A stretch of 63,997 bases of DNA, filler included, from Candidatus Hydrogenedentota bacterium (GTDB lineage Bacteria; JBFMHD01), in assembly GCA_040752395.1 (NCBI GenBank). It is 7 parts of 7 records of this genome, joined end to end, with 100 filler letters (N's around TTAATTAATTAA, not from the genome) between each part and the next. Parts side by side here need not be neighbours in the genome. Positions count along the whole stretch, not along the records: positions 36,872 to 44,102 come from JBFMHD010000141.1; positions 44,203 to 51,382 come from JBFMHD010000142.1; positions 51,483 to 58,534 come from JBFMHD010000143.1; 4 more parts are not named here. One strand, 5' to 3'. Of this stretch, positions 40,452 to 51,652 are shown piece by piece (position 1 is the stretch's first letter; the number at the start of each line of letters is the position of its first letter). Both the position numbers and the translations under genes were made by a program. The notes under the pieces were generated by a model. The model saw only the letters and a list, made by a program, of their open reading frames with translations, made no database searches and was not told where the DNA came from.

Positions 40452-41492
40452 TCAATATTTAGTGATATCAATCTGGTTAAATATATATTGTGCTACCATT
40501 TTATGGCCAGCTGCATTAGGATGAGCAGGGTCGCTTGGACAAAAAAGTTTATAAATATTATCCCTGGTAAAAATATTATGCGTATCAATGAATAATACAT
40601 TTTTATTAAAAATATAATTTTTTATCCTATTTCTTCTATACTCAGTTATATCTATAAATTCATCTTCATAATCCAATGCCTGGGGAAAAAGAACAAATAT
40701 TGGTTTAACGTTATTCGAATGAGCAACCTTTATAATCTTATCAAGACTTTTTTCAAAATCTCCAGCAGCTTCTTCATCGTAATATTTACCACTCACAGCT
40801 TTGCAATAAGAATAATACTCTCTTTTTTTATACATTAATGCAGGCTTATTAAGTCTCGAAAATAGAATATCAGATATCTTTACTAAAAGTTTAACAAGTT
40901 CAAAATCTTTTAGTCTTGTTTTTTTTGAATAATCTTCAATCTTAACGCTCTTAACAAGGCTTCCTGTATCATCAATGATTTTTACATTGGCAAGTATATC
41001 ATTCGGACATATTCCATAAATAACATAATTACATTGCCAGTCATCTTTTAGAAGTCTTTCGAAATATCTCGCAACCTGTAAATGATTATACCCCGAGACA
41101 CCCGCGTTTATTACCTCCCATTTAATGTTTTGATATGATTCTTTGTTAAGTATCTCTTCTAAATATCGAGGAAAAGAGATTAATTTCTCACCACCTTGAG
41201 TTAGAGAATCTCCCAAGGTAAGAATCCTTTTACTATCATCTCTTATCTCTTTTTGATACTCTTTAGAACCCACAAATCCCTGTGAATTTGTTATAAATAG
41301 ATTATTTCTAATGTTCGGTTTTAAAACAAACTGGAGTACAGGGTCGTCTATTTTTAAAAATGGTTCGGTAATGTTATTTGCTGAAGAAAAAAATAATAAT
41401 CGTGGGCTGTATCTCAAAAATAATTCGGCAAATATAGCTGAAATTAATATAGAAACACTCAAAAGTAACAACCTTTTTATAATCTTTTTCAT
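40452..41492 (-). CDS. SGNH/GDSL hydrolase-family protein with N-terminal anchor
   Basis: LGDSLT, INAGVSG, ND, DPAHPN..GH. Confidence 0.82.
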   Translation of the reverse strand: MKKIIKRLLLLSVSILISAIFAELFLRYSPRLLFFSSANNITEPFLKIDDPVLQFVLKPNIRNNLFITNSQGFVGSKEYQKEIRDDSKRILTLGDSLTQGGEKLISFPRYLEEILNKESYQNIKWEVINAGVSGYNHLQVARYFERLLKDDWQCNYVIYGICPNDILANVKIIDDTGSLVKSVKIEDYSKKTRLKDFELVKLLVKISDILFSRLNKPALMYKKREYYSYCKAVSGKYYDEEAAGDFEKSLDKIIKVAHSNNVKPIFVLFPQALDYEDEFIDITEYRRNRIKNYIFNKNVLFIDTHNIFTRDNIYKLFCPSDPAHPNAAGHKMVAQYIFNQIDITKY

Positions 41493-41707
41493 AATACCAT
41501 TCTCATTTCTTTCTTCTCACTCTCACTTCTTGCTTCTTTCGTTATCTTACTAATAAATAATCCTTGATTTTATATAAATTTTATACTATTCTGTTAACAG
41601 AATTTTTTTATGAACACACAATTAGTCAATTAAGGGTGGGTTAGTGCAGTATTCCGGCTGTAGCCCATAGCCTGGAGCCTGAAAGCCAGCGGTAACTGAG
41701 GGATTAC

Positions 41708-42496
41708 ATGAACACAGATAAAATTTTTGAATTATTAAAAAAATATAAAGAAAATAAATTAACGGATAAAGAATTTGTTAATGAACTTGGATTATTACCT
41801 TACCAAGATATAGGATTTGCCAAGCTTGATATCCATAGAGAAATACGATGTGGTATACCCGAAGCCGTGTACGGTAATCATAAATCTTTGACTGAATTAA
41901 TAAAAATTATAACAAGACTTAAAAAAGAAAAGAAAAGAATCCTTCTGACACGACTCGATTCTTTTAAATATAAAAAATTAAAAAAAAGATTTGCGTTTTT
42001 ATCAGGCATAAAAGCCAATGAGAGAAATATTTTGTATTCTAAGAGCAAAAAAATTATAAATAATTTGCTACCCGTCATAATAACAGCCGGGACATCAGAT
42101 ATACCTGTCGCAAAAGAATGTTCAGCAACCCTGAAAGTTATGGGTTACAACCCTCTTGAAATATTTGACATTGGCGTTGCAGGAATCCATAGATTATTTG
42201 ACAATCTTAATAAAATTCGCATGGGCGATGTTGTAATAGCTGTTGCTGGTATGGACGGTGTTTTGCCTACTATTGTGGCTAACCTTGTGAAAGCACCTGT
42301 TATAGGTGTACCAACTTCCACTGGTTATGGCACGGCATTAAATGGGTTTTCTGCTCTACTTACTATGCTTAATTCTTGCTCAGGTAAATTGGCTGTATGT
42401 AATATTGACAACGGTTTTCAAGCAGGATGTATCGCTATATCGATACTCAACAAGATAGAAGACAGGAGACAGAAGTTAAAAAGATACAAAGATTAA
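41708..42496 (+). CDS. larB: Nickel-pincer cofactor biosynthesis protein LarB (PurE-like)
   Basis: D..RE.RCG.PEAVY, TAGTSD.PVA.E, D.GVAGIHRL, AGMDG.L, VPTS.GYG, NIDNGF. Confidence 0.9.
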   Translation: MNTDKIFELLKKYKENKLTDKEFVNELGLLPYQDIGFAKLDIHREIRCGIPEAVYGNHKSLTELIKIITRLKKEKKRILLTRLDSFKYKKLKKRFAFLSGIKANERNILYSKSKKIINNLLPVIITAGTSDIPVAKECSATLKVMGYNPLEIFDIGVAGIHRLFDNLNKIRMGDVVIAVAGMDGVLPTIVANLVKAPVIGVPTSTGYGTALNGFSALLTMLNSCSGKLAVCNIDNGFQAGCIAISILNKIEDRRQKLKRYKD

Positions 42497-42748
42497 AAGA
42501 TTAAAAGATTGAAATTTTTTCTGATACTTCTCACTTCTCACTTCTTACTTTCAAAGGCACAAAGGATGGAAAACTAAAGATGATATGAAAAGAGTCGTGA
42601 GTCGCAAGTCGTGAGTCAAAACAGGACTCAAGACTCAAGACTCAAGACTTTTCAGCCGGCTCCGAGCTTCGGGCTCCAGCCGGCTGTAGTCCGTAGCCCG
42701 TAGCCTGTAGCCCGAATTATTAGGGTTGCGAAGTTTTTCAGAGGAGGA
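42451..42748 (+). repeat. Modular heptamer-mosaic repeat between larB and arcC
   Basis: AGACAGG, AAAGATT, CTCACTT, AGTCGTG/GACTCAA, CAGCCGGCTG, GTAGCC, terminal GTTTTTCAGAGGAGG. Confidence 0.92.
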
Positions 42749-42754
42749 CCAACT

Positions 42755-43690
42755 ATGAAAATGCTTATAGCTTTGGGCGGAAATGCTATCACTAAAGAAA
42801 CTGAGATAGGCACGATTGAACAACAATGGGCTAATACAGCTCAAACTATGAAGGAAATAGCTAAAGTGGTAGAGCAGGGTCATTCAATAGTTATAACACA
42901 CGGCAATGGTCCCCAAATCGGTAACATTATGAGACGGATTGAGATAGCATCTAAAGAAGTATACCCATTGCCACTTGATGTATGTGTCTCTGATTCCCAG
43001 GGTGGGATGGGTTATATGATTCAGACGCAATTGATGAATGAACTTCGTAAAATAGGAATGAAAGATAAAATCTCAAGTACAATTATAACTACTTGTCTTG
43101 TATCTAAAGATGATCCCGGGATGAAAGAGCCAACAAAACCTATTGGTCCATTTTATACAAAAGAGCAGGCAGAAGAGATAACAAAAACAAGGGGCTGGAT
43201 TATAAAAGAGGATGCTGGCAGAGGTTATAGACGTGTGGTCTTTTCTCCAAAACCTTTGAAGATAGTTGAAAAAGATGCTATCGAAAAATTAATGAACGCT
43301 GGGGTTATTATTATAGCTTGTGGCGGCGGCGGGATCCCGGTAATCGAAGAGAATGGTAGGTACCACGGAATCGACGCGGTTATAGATAAAGATAGGGCTT
43401 CAAGTTTACTTGCAAGAGAGATTAAAATAGACTTATTTGTTATTCTTACAGGTGTTGATAAAGTCGCTATCAATTTTAAAAAACCAGACCAAAAATATCT
43501 TGATAAAATTACATTATCTGAAGCAGAAAGATATTTAAAAGAGGGCCATTTCCCTGCTGGAAGTATGGGTCCTAAAATTGAGGCTTCTATTGATTTTCTA
43601 CAAAACGGCGGTAAAGAAGTGCTTATAACTTCTGCAGAACATCTTCTTTTGGCACTTGATTACAAGACTGGCACACGGATAGTAAAATAG
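42755..43690 (+). CDS. arcC: Carbamate kinase
   Basis: IALGGNA, THGNGPQIG, PTKPIG, GGGGIPV, VIDKD, GSMGPK. Confidence 0.95.
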   Translation: MKMLIALGGNAITKETEIGTIEQQWANTAQTMKEIAKVVEQGHSIVITHGNGPQIGNIMRRIEIASKEVYPLPLDVCVSDSQGGMGYMIQTQLMNELRKIGMKDKISSTIITTCLVSKDDPGMKEPTKPIGPFYTKEQAEEITKTRGWIIKEDAGRGYRRVVFSPKPLKIVEKDAIEKLMNAGVIIIACGGGGIPVIEENGRYHGIDAVIDKDRASSLLAREIKIDLFVILTGVDKVAINFKKPDQKYLDKITLSEAERYLKEGHFPAGSMGPKIEASIDFLQNGGKEVLITSAEHLLLALDYKTGTRIVK

Positions 43691-44080
43691 AAGACAGGAG
43701 ACAGAAGACAGAAGACAGGTAACTCTTGAACTCCTGAACTCATCAACTTTTTCAAAGGATTACTCATGAGCGCGGGTTGCGTTCTACACTATTGGGTTCT
43801 TGGGTTATTGGGTTATTGCGTTTTTGCGTTTTTGCGCTCTACACAACGTATGAAAAACTAAAGATGATATGAAAAGAGTCGTGAGTCGCAAGTCGTGAGT
43901 CAAAACAGGACTCGAGACTCAAGACTCAAGACTCAAGACTTTTCAGCAGGCTTTTGGGCTTTTGTCTCCAGCCGGCTGTAGTCCGTAGCCTGTAGCCTGT
44001 CCTGATACCTCTCACTTCTTCCGTTATCTTGCTTCTTGCTTCTACTTGAAATTATTAGAGTTGCGAAGTTTTTTAGAGGA
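43688..44080 (+). repeat. Long modular repeat copy
   Basis: AGAAGAC, AACTCCT, GGGTTATT, GCGTTTTT, then the core shared with 57527-57832. Confidence 0.92.
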
Positions 44081-44102
44081 TGAATGACTGATGTTTCTTG
44101 AT

Positions 44103-44202
44103 NNNNNNNNNNNNNNNNNNNNNNNNNNNNNNNNNNNNNNNNNNNNTTAATTAATTAANNNNNNNNNNNNNNNNNNNNNNNNNNNNNNNNNNNNNNNNNN
44201 NN
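44103..44202. other. Artificial contig-joining spacer
   Basis: N44-TTAATTAATTAA-N44. Confidence 0.97.
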
Positions 44203-44400
44203 AAGAGTCGTGAGTCAAAACAGGACTCGAGACTCAAGACTCAAGACTCAAGACTTTTCATAGGCGGCTCCAGCCGGCTGTAGTCCGTAGCCTGTAGCCT
44301 GTCCTGATACCTCTCACTTCTTCCGTTATCTTGCTTCTTGCTTCTACTTGATATCATTATAATTACAATGTTTTTCGAGGGAGGGAAGAAGCAAGAAAAC
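44203..44400 (+). repeat. Modular repeat copy at contig start
   Basis: Near-identical to 43890-44080. Confidence 0.92.
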
Positions 44401-44445
44401 CAGAACCGTCCCCGTTTTCTCCGTTTTCTGTTTTTCTCGTTTTTC

Positions 44446-45792
44446 TTATTTTAGTTTTTTAATAAAAATTTCGTTATTATCTATCAGTAATAAAAAAATA
44501 TTTTTAGTATATTTATCTAATTCTTTCATCTCATAAACTACTCTTCTGTCAGCATAAAAGGGGATATGATGTATTTTTGAGAATTTTTTATTTATACATA
44601 CCACACCGTCTTCTGGTATCTTTTCTTTTAGTATTTTAGAGATTTTTATTGCCTCATCGAATTTATGCGAATCACGATATATGTTCTGCAAAATACTGAG
44701 GGATTGATAAAATAATAGTAAACATAATACATAAGGGATCAGCCTCATCTTTTTATAGAGTTCAGCTAAACATATCCCTACAATTAATGAAACCCCTGGC
44801 AATAAGTAAAACTGCCAGTATTCGTGTATAAATGCTGCATTTCTGAATATAAAAATATTCAGAATCCCGGAGCATAATAACGCTATTATAATGCGTTTAT
44901 TATACCGCTTCAGTAGAAAAAAACCTGATAAAAATAATAACGAACCTACTATTGTAAAATTATAATATGGGAAAAATAGTATGAATTGCTGTAACAAAAA
45001 TTTATATAAAGATTTGGGCATTATTTCACTATCAATTATCGAGCTTCTCTGTAAAAACGATATCAATAAATGCCTGTAAACCTCTGTCCCTTGAAGTATC
45101 GCTATATGAATAATATATATTAAATAACCGATAAACATTGAGATAAAAATAACAAGCCACTTTTTAAAATCTGCTCTATCTTTTATTAAAAATAACATCC
45201 CGATAACAAAAAAAGCAAAACCAAAATCTATTAAGGCACTGATTATAGAAAGTAAGCCGAGCTCTATAAAAAAGGACTTGAGAGGCGAGACTTGAGACTT
45301 GAGGAAAAAATACATAACAATCATAGCGATAGCAAATATAAAGACCTCGAAATTCAGCATTTTACCATAGAATGCTGATATAGGTACAACAGATGCAAAA
45401 ATCAAAGAGAATATCGCCTCAGTATATCCGAAGTAATTATAAACAATTTTGAAAAAATAATATAAACCAATAACAGAAAAACACAAAGAGAGCAGTCTTG
45501 CATTTAATTCACTCTCTCCAAATATTCTAAATATAAATGATAAAATAATGGGTAATAGCGGTGGATGATTGATATAGTAATCCTTTTTTTGTATATCTGG
45601 TTTAGCTGGTGATAATAACATACCGCCTTTAGTTATACAAAACCCGAACCTTATATCATTTCTTGCAGCCTGAGAAAAAAGTGCACCATTATCATCGTGG
45701 GGGTATATAAATGGCTCTGATACATACGGAAGCTTAATAACTATTGAAATAATTATAATAACTAATAGAAAAGCCTTTTGAATATTGTTCAA
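44446..45792 (-). CDS. ArnT/PMT-like (GT-C, family 39-like) membrane glycosyltransferase
   Basis: HDDNG, YINHPPL, FG.SE..ARL, many TM helices; TTG start with GAGGAAG SD. Confidence 0.78.
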   Translation of the reverse strand: MNNIQKAFLLVIIIISIVIKLPYVSEPFIYPHDDNGALFSQAARNDIRFGFCITKGGMLLSPAKPDIQKKDYYINHPPLLPIILSFIFRIFGESELNARLLSLCFSVIGLYYFFKIVYNYFGYTEAIFSLIFASVVPISAFYGKMLNFEVFIFAIAMIVMYFFLKSQVSPLKSFFIELGLLSIISALIDFGFAFFVIGMLFLIKDRADFKKWLVIFISMFIGYLIYIIHIAILQGTEVYRHLLISFLQRSSIIDSEIMPKSLYKFLLQQFILFFPYYNFTIVGSLLFLSGFFLLKRYNKRIIIALLCSGILNIFIFRNAAFIHEYWQFYLLPGVSLIVGICLAELYKKMRLIPYVLCLLLFYQSLSILQNIYRDSHKFDEAIKISKILKEKIPEDGVVCINKKFSKIHHIPFYADRRVVYEMKELDKYTKNIFLLLIDNNEIFIKKLK

Positions 45793-45860
45793 TATATATC
45801 CCTTCCTCAGTCTTCGGTGGAGCTTGTTAATTTTAAACCAGCTACTAAAACCGATAGTTT

Positions 45861-45960
45861 GAGGCACAAAGGCACAAAGATTGAAAGATTAAAATTGTGG
45901 AAACACCGCTCCTACAGCGGTTTTCCGTTATCTTGCCTCTTGCCTCTTGCTTCTTGCCTC
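45861..45960 (+). repeat. Short modular repeat copy
   Basis: GGCACAAA x2, AAAGATT x2, CCGTTATCTTGCCTCTTGCCTCTTGCTTCTTGCCTC. Confidence 0.8.
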
Positions 45961-45991
45961 TATTATATCACCTATAACGAGGTGATTACAA

Positions 45992-46960
45992 CTAAACTTT
46001 AATACAGGAAACAAAATGACCTGATCTTTTTTGTTCCAATAAAGGTATGATATTTTTGCAATCATTTGTAGCCATAGGGCAACGTGGATGAAATGGGCAA
46101 CCCTGGGGTATATTTACTGGTGAAGGTACATCTCCTGGAAGAATGATTTTCTTTATGCCATCTTTTTCATCAATAACAGGCACACAGGAGATCAAAGCCT
46201 GTGTATAAGGATGTAGCGGGCTATCCAATACATCTTCAGCTTTACCTTGTTCTACGATTTTACCGAGGTACATCACACCCACCCTATCTGAGATATGTTT
46301 TACAACCGATAAATCATGTGATATAAATAGATAGCTTAGAGCAAATTTTTCCTGTAATTCAATAAAGAGGTTCAATATCTGTGCTTGAACCGAGACATCG
46401 AGTGCGGAGACAGGTTCGTCGCAGACAATAAATTCGGGTTCAGCTGCGATAGCACGGCCTATACAGATACGCTGTCTTTGACCACCTGAGAATTCGTGCG
46501 GATAACGTTCATAATAATCAGGACTTAACCCAACAATTTTAAAAATTTCTTTTGTCCTATCTTTTCGTTCCTTTTTATCTCTGCCTATTTTGTGTATGCT
46601 TAAAACCTCAGCTACAGCCTCACCTACCCTCATTCTCGGGTTAAGTGAAGAATATGGGTCTTGAAAAACTATCTGCATATGTTTACGTAATTTTCTTATT
46701 TCAGACTCTCTCTTATTAGAAATATCTATACTTTTAAAATATATTTTTCCAGATGATGGTTTAATCAATCGTAGAATCAATCTGCCAAGCGTGGTTTTGC
46801 CGCAACCTGACTCACCCACAAGCCCATAGGTTTCGGCTCTGTTAATATAGATATCAATCCCATCACAGGCTTTGAGTTCAAGTTTTTTACTTAATAATCC
46901 GCCGCGTTTAACAAAAAATACCTTCTTTAATTCTTCTGTTCTAACTAAGTTATCACTCAT
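45992..46960 (-). CDS. Oligopeptide/dipeptide ABC transporter ATPase (OppF/DppF type)
   Basis: GESGCGKT, QDPYSSLNP, YPHEFSGGQRQR, CPFHPRC; likely ATG 46960. Confidence 0.93.
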   Translation of the reverse strand: MSDNLVRTEELKKVFFVKRGGLLSKKLELKACDGIDIYINRAETYGLVGESGCGKTTLGRLILRLIKPSSGKIYFKSIDISNKRESEIRKLRKHMQIVFQDPYSSLNPRMRVGEAVAEVLSIHKIGRDKKERKDRTKEIFKIVGLSPDYYERYPHEFSGGQRQRICIGRAIAAEPEFIVCDEPVSALDVSVQAQILNLFIELQEKFALSYLFISHDLSVVKHISDRVGVMYLGKIVEQGKAEDVLDSPLHPYTQALISCVPVIDEKDGIKKIILPGDVPSPVNIPQGCPFHPRCPMATNDCKNIIPLLEQKRSGHFVSCIKV

Positions 46961-46982
46961 AATAGTATCGAGGTGGCAGACA

Positions 46983-47942
46983 TTAACATAATAAACATCT
47001 TGCAAAATGGTCTTTTTCGATTTCACATAAATCAGGGTGCTCGGTTTTACATCTATCAACTGTCATATCACATCTTGGGTGAAAAACACAGCCTGATGGC
47101 ATCGTGATACCATCAGGTACATTCCCCTTTATCGCAAATAATCTCGACTTTTTTGCTACCTCTTTATCAGGTATAGCATTAATCAATGCTTTAGTATATG
47201 GGTGTAATTGTTTTTTTAAGATATCATCTTTTAATCCTGTCTCAACTATCTCGCCAGCATACATAACAGCAACTCGATGACACATCTCGTTGACGATCCC
47301 GAAATTGTGTGTAATAAGAAGCAACGCCATTTTATGTTTCTCCTGGAGTTCCTTTAATAGAGATAAGATCTGAGCCTGGATAGTTACATCAAGCGCTGTT
47401 GTTGGTTCATCAGCTATAAGTAAATCAGGTTCAGAGATGATAGCCATAGCTATCATTACCCGTTGCCGAAGCCCGCCTGATAACTGGTGAGGATATTCGT
47501 TATAACGTATCGCCGGTTCAGGGATTTTTGTTTCTTTAAAAATCTGAATAACTTTTTCTTTTATCTCTTTATTTTTCATTTTTCTGTGAACCCGTAATAC
47601 CTCAGCACATTGGTCGCCAACTGTAAATACCGGATTAAGGCTTGTCATAGGTTCCTGAAAAATTATTGATATTCTATCCCCCCGAATATTTCGCATCTCT
47701 TTCTCGGTTAATTTGCTGATATCAACATCTTTAAAAAATATCTCACCGCTAACCTCTGATATCTTGGGAGGTAAAATCCGCATAATTGAATATGCGGTAA
47801 TAGATTTACCTGAGCCTGATTCACCAACAAGTCCAAATACCTCCTGTTCATTAATGAAAAAATCCATACCACGTACAGCCTGGACAGTTCCGCGATGAGA
47901 GTGTAGATTAACTTTCAGATTTTTAATTTGTAGTAATGTCAT
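46983..47942 (-). CDS. Oligopeptide/dipeptide ABC transporter ATPase (OppD/DppD type)
   Basis: [34 protein letters not shown]. Confidence 0.93.
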   Translation of the reverse strand: MTLLQIKNLKVNLHSHRGTVQAVRGMDFFINEQEVFGLVGESGSGKSITAYSIMRILPPKISEVSGEIFFKDVDISKLTEKEMRNIRGDRISIIFQEPMTSLNPVFTVGDQCAEVLRVHRKMKNKEIKEKVIQIFKETKIPEPAIRYNEYPHQLSGGLRQRVMIAMAIISEPDLLIADEPTTALDVTIQAQILSLLKELQEKHKMALLLITHNFGIVNEMCHRVAVMYAGEIVETGLKDDILKKQLHPYTKALINAIPDKEVAKKSRLFAIKGNVPDGITMPSGCVFHPRCDMTVDRCKTEHPDLCEIEKDHFARCLLC

Positions 47943-48847
47943 ATCTTTGTTTTTACATCGAGCGTATCACGTAAACCATCACCCAGAAAATTAAACGCAG
48001 TCACAGTAATAAAAATAAAAAAACCAGGTAAAAATGCTAATAAATAACCTTTACCTAATATAACATATTCCTGGGCTCTTTGCAAAATATTTCCCCAGGA
48101 AGGTGTTGGCGGCTGGATACCAAGGCCGAGATAAGAAAGTACAGCTTCTGAAATAATAACACCGCCAACCTGTAACGTTGCAGCAACAATAGCCGGTGCA
48201 AGAACATTTGGTAATATATGACGGAATATAATGAAAATATCTTGCTGCCCGCTTGCTCTTATGGCTTCGATATACTCAGTCTCTCGAATACTTAAGGTGC
48301 AGCCCCTGACAATCCGTGCTACGCCCATCCATCCGAATATAACAATAATAATTATTATTTTCAATATGTCAGGGTTTATAATAGTAGCAAGAAACGAGAT
48401 TCTCAAAACATTCACAATATCAATCATTGAAAGAAGAATCATTATAGCAAGAACAGGTAAACTTAACATAGTATCTACAAATCTCATTATGACCTCATCT
48501 ATCAAACCCGCATAATATCCTGAGATGATACCAATAACTACACCAATAAATGTTGATATTAAAGCAGAAACCAGTGCCACACTTAATGAGACCCTGCCAC
48601 CATATAACATTCGAATAAATAAATCATGTCCAAGGTCATCGGTACCAAAAATGTGTTTGCTTGAAGGATGTAAAAAACATTTTTCAAGGTCTATCTCTTT
48701 GTAATCAAGATTAAATATTTTACTAAAAAGTGGTGCCAGGACTGATAATAAAATAAGTATAAAAAGAACTATCAGACTTATCATTGCAAGTTTATGCTTA
48801 ATAAAGCGCTGAACAAATGTTTGCTCCAAGATATTATCCTCCAGCAA
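47939..48847 (-). CDS. Oligopeptide ABC transporter permease (OppC type)
   Basis: H.FGTD.LG.D, GGRVSL, H.LPN, PSWG. Confidence 0.92.
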   Translation of the reverse strand: MLEDNILEQTFVQRFIKHKLAMISLIVLFILILLSVLAPLFSKIFNLDYKEIDLEKCFLHPSSKHIFGTDDLGHDLFIRMLYGGRVSLSVALVSALISTFIGVVIGIISGYYAGLIDEVIMRFVDTMLSLPVLAIMILLSMIDIVNVLRISFLATIINPDILKIIIIIVIFGWMGVARIVRGCTLSIRETEYIEAIRASGQQDIFIIFRHILPNVLAPAIVAATLQVGGVIISEAVLSYLGLGIQPPTPSWGNILQRAQEYVILGKGYLLAFLPGFFIFITVTAFNFLGDGLRDTLDVKTKI

Positions 48848-49787
48848 TCCTTACTCTCGGATCAACCATAGCATACATTAGATCAGCAACCATATTAAAA
48901 ATAACAGTCAGTATTGAAAGAAACATAAAGCAATTGCAAGCAAGGCAAGAGTCACCGCCAAGCACTGATTCATATAAGAGGCGACCCATCCCGGGCCAGG
49001 AAAACACAGTCTCAGTAATTAATGCACCTGAGAATAGACCGGGTATTGATAACATAAGAAGCGTTAGTATCGGTATAAGTGTATTTCTGAAAGCATGTTT
49101 TAATATAACCAGGTGTTCCGGAAGTCCCTTTGCACGCGCTGTCCGTATGTAATCCTCTCTTAATACCTCAAGCATACCTGAACGAGTATATCGTGACCAG
49201 CCTGCAATAGATTCTATACTTAAAACACAAACCGGTAAAAATAGATATCTCAAATATTCTAAAAAAGAATCAGAACGTGGCATCCCGCCTGCTGGAAACC
49301 ACTGCAAATAAACTGAGAAAATAAGTATAGCCATAATCCCGAGCCAGAACGAAGGTATGGATATCCCAATAAACACAAAAAAATTGATAGTATAATCAAA
49401 ATACGAGTATTGTCTTAACGCAGCAATTATACCAACAGGGATAGAAAGTAATAACGAGATAAGAAAAGCTCCTATCAGTAAAAAAAAGGTATTCTTTATC
49501 CTTGAGGTAATGATTTTTAAGTTAGATTCTTTATAAGTAATAGAAAAACCAAGATCACCTTTAAGAGTCTGTTTCAGCCATTTTAGGTATCGCACAGGCA
49601 TCGGCTGGTCTAATCCCCACTGTTTCTTAAGCCTTATTATATCCTCGGGTTTGACCTTCGGGTTAGAAGTTATTAACATCTCAACCGGGTCTCCCGGCAT
49701 CATTGATAAAAAAAAGAAAGTAATAAAAGAAATAAGAAATATCAAAATAAAAAAAATAATAGATTTTTTTATAAGATAAAATAACAT
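48834..49787 (-). CDS. Oligopeptide ABC transporter permease (OppB type)
   Basis: MPGDP, GDLG.S, DYIRTARAKGL, ETVFSWPGMG, VDPRVR. Confidence 0.92.
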   Translation of the reverse strand: MLFYLIKKSIIFFILIFLISFITFFFLSMMPGDPVEMLITSNPKVKPEDIIRLKKQWGLDQPMPVRYLKWLKQTLKGDLGFSITYKESNLKIITSRIKNTFFLLIGAFLISLLLSIPVGIIAALRQYSYFDYTINFFVFIGISIPSFWLGIMAILIFSVYLQWFPAGGMPRSDSFLEYLRYLFLPVCVLSIESIAGWSRYTRSGMLEVLREDYIRTARAKGLPEHLVILKHAFRNTLIPILTLLMLSIPGLFSGALITETVFSWPGMGRLLYESVLGGDSCLACNCFMFLSILTVIFNMVADLMYAMVDPRVRIAGG

Positions 49788-49788
49788 A

Positions 49789-51382
49789 TTATAAAATCAA
49801 TTTCCAGTATTCACAGTTCCATGAGACAGGATTAGTTGTTCCTGTAGGTAGCCAATTCTCAAAACCTGCTCTTACAACACTAATATCAAGTCTAAAAAAT
49901 AATGGGATAGCAGGTAGTTCATCAGACCAGATTATCTGTTCCTGCTTGAATAATTCTTTTCGTTCGCTCTCATCAAGCGTTTGAGGTATTAGATGGTCGA
50001 TTCTGTCGATCTCTTTGTTCTGCCAGCCCGGGGTGTTCTGACCTACAAAATTATTTGATTTTGAAGGTATGTTATCACTTGTCCATAAACTCTCACCATC
50101 TGATTCAGGCGACATAACCCAGGCATACATAGCTAAATCAGGGAATTTCCTGTACCTTGTTGTTTGTCCAAAAAAAACATTTGCAGGCTGGTTTTTAATA
50201 TTAAGCTCGATACCGATGTTTCTAAAATCTGATTGGATAATCTGTTCTACCTGCTCACGAAGCTTATTACCAGCTGTTGTCATAATTGTTAATACTATAA
50301 GTTTATTATCTTTATAAAACTTTTTTTCTGTATCAACCCACTTCCAACCAGCTTTTATTAATAATTCTTTAGCTTTCTCTGGATTGTATTCGTATTGTGA
50401 AACGTCTTTATAATAGCCGTAATGTTTAGGCGGGAGCCAGGAATGAGCAACCTCAACTTTATTAAAAAATATTTTCTCGATGATATTCTTTCTGTTAATA
50501 GCATAAAGTAGCGCTTTTCTTACAAGTTTATCTTTTAATAACGGGTTATCCAGATTAAAATCTATATGCTCCCAGATAAGTCCGGGGGTAAAAAATAATT
50601 TTATATCTTTTCTATCTTGTTTTTCAAGTTCAATAGCCTGGTCAAATGTTATGCCAAGACCCGGGGGAGAGGCATCAATGGTACCTGATAAAAGATTAGC
50701 AAGTAAAGTATTTGAGTCGGGAATAAATCTAAAAATTAGTTTATTTGTAAATGGTTTATCAAAAAAGAATAATTCATTTTTTTCTAAAACTATTTCAACA
50801 CCAGAAACCCATTTAGAAAGCTTATAAGGGCCGTTACCGATCGGTGTTTTATTATAAAAAGATTGATGATACTTTTTAGGGTCTGATTTATAAACTGGTT
50901 CAAGAATATGTGATGGTAAAAAACCTATACCATAATCAGCAAGATGATACCTCTCCTTCCAGACTATGCGTAAACTATAGGAATCTATTATTTCGATATT
51001 TTCTATCCTTTTATGGACATCTCTCGAAGTAACAGGGATATCCGGGTCCATATAAATTTTATGAACAAATAAAGAATCAAATACAGTTAAAGGATGCCCA
51101 TCTTCCCAGACTGAAGCTGGTTTTATCTTCCATATAGTTTCCATCCTTTTTTTATCAAGTATCTTCCAATCTCCATCTTTTAGCGATGGGATCTTTTCAG
51201 CTAATCTCAGTTCTCGATCCCATTTTTCATTTCTTTCGGTTTCGGCCTCAAACAGGGCCCCCTGAATTAAACTTGAAGCAGCCATCTGCGAAAAAACAGG
51301 GTCCAAACTATCTGGTTCTTGTGTCATACCAATAATTATCTCATCTTGAGGTATCCTATTGTTTTTTGTTGTTTCAATATTT
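49789..51382 (-). CDS. Peptide ABC transporter substrate-binding protein (family 5), 5'-truncated
   Basis: QEPDSLDP, W.DG.PLT..D, PIGNGPY, VRKAL..AINR; frame is open to the gap. Confidence 0.9.
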
Positions 51383-51482
51383 NNNNNNNNNNNNNNNNNN
51401 NNNNNNNNNNNNNNNNNNNNNNNNNNTTAATTAATTAANNNNNNNNNNNNNNNNNNNNNNNNNNNNNNNNNNNNNNNNNNNN
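51383..51482. other. Artificial contig-joining spacer
   Basis: N44-TTAATTAATTAA-N44. Confidence 0.97.
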
Positions 51483-51652
51483 AAGTGAGAGGTATCAGGA
51501 CGGGCTACAGGCTACGGACTACAGCCGGCTGGAGCCAAAAGCCAAAAGCCTGCTGAAAAGTCTTGAGTCTTGAGTCTCGAGTCCTGTTTTGACTCACGAC
51601 TCTTTTCATATCATCTTTAGTTTTTCATACGTTGTGTAGAGCGCAACCCGCG
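51483..51652 (-). repeat. Modular repeat copy (minus orientation) overlapping the dedA 3' end
   Basis: Reverse complement of the 57531-57722 core. Confidence 0.92.

Noticed and set aside
41708-43690. Functional larB-arcC operon or arginine deiminase cluster
   Set aside because: No larC/larE/larA or arcA/arcB adjacent; the genes are separated by repeat DNA and nothing here supports a shared pathway
43688-44400. CRISPR array interpretation of the repeats
   Set aside because: No constant 25-40-nt repeat alternating with unique spacers, and no cas genes; the two adjacent copies are on different contigs
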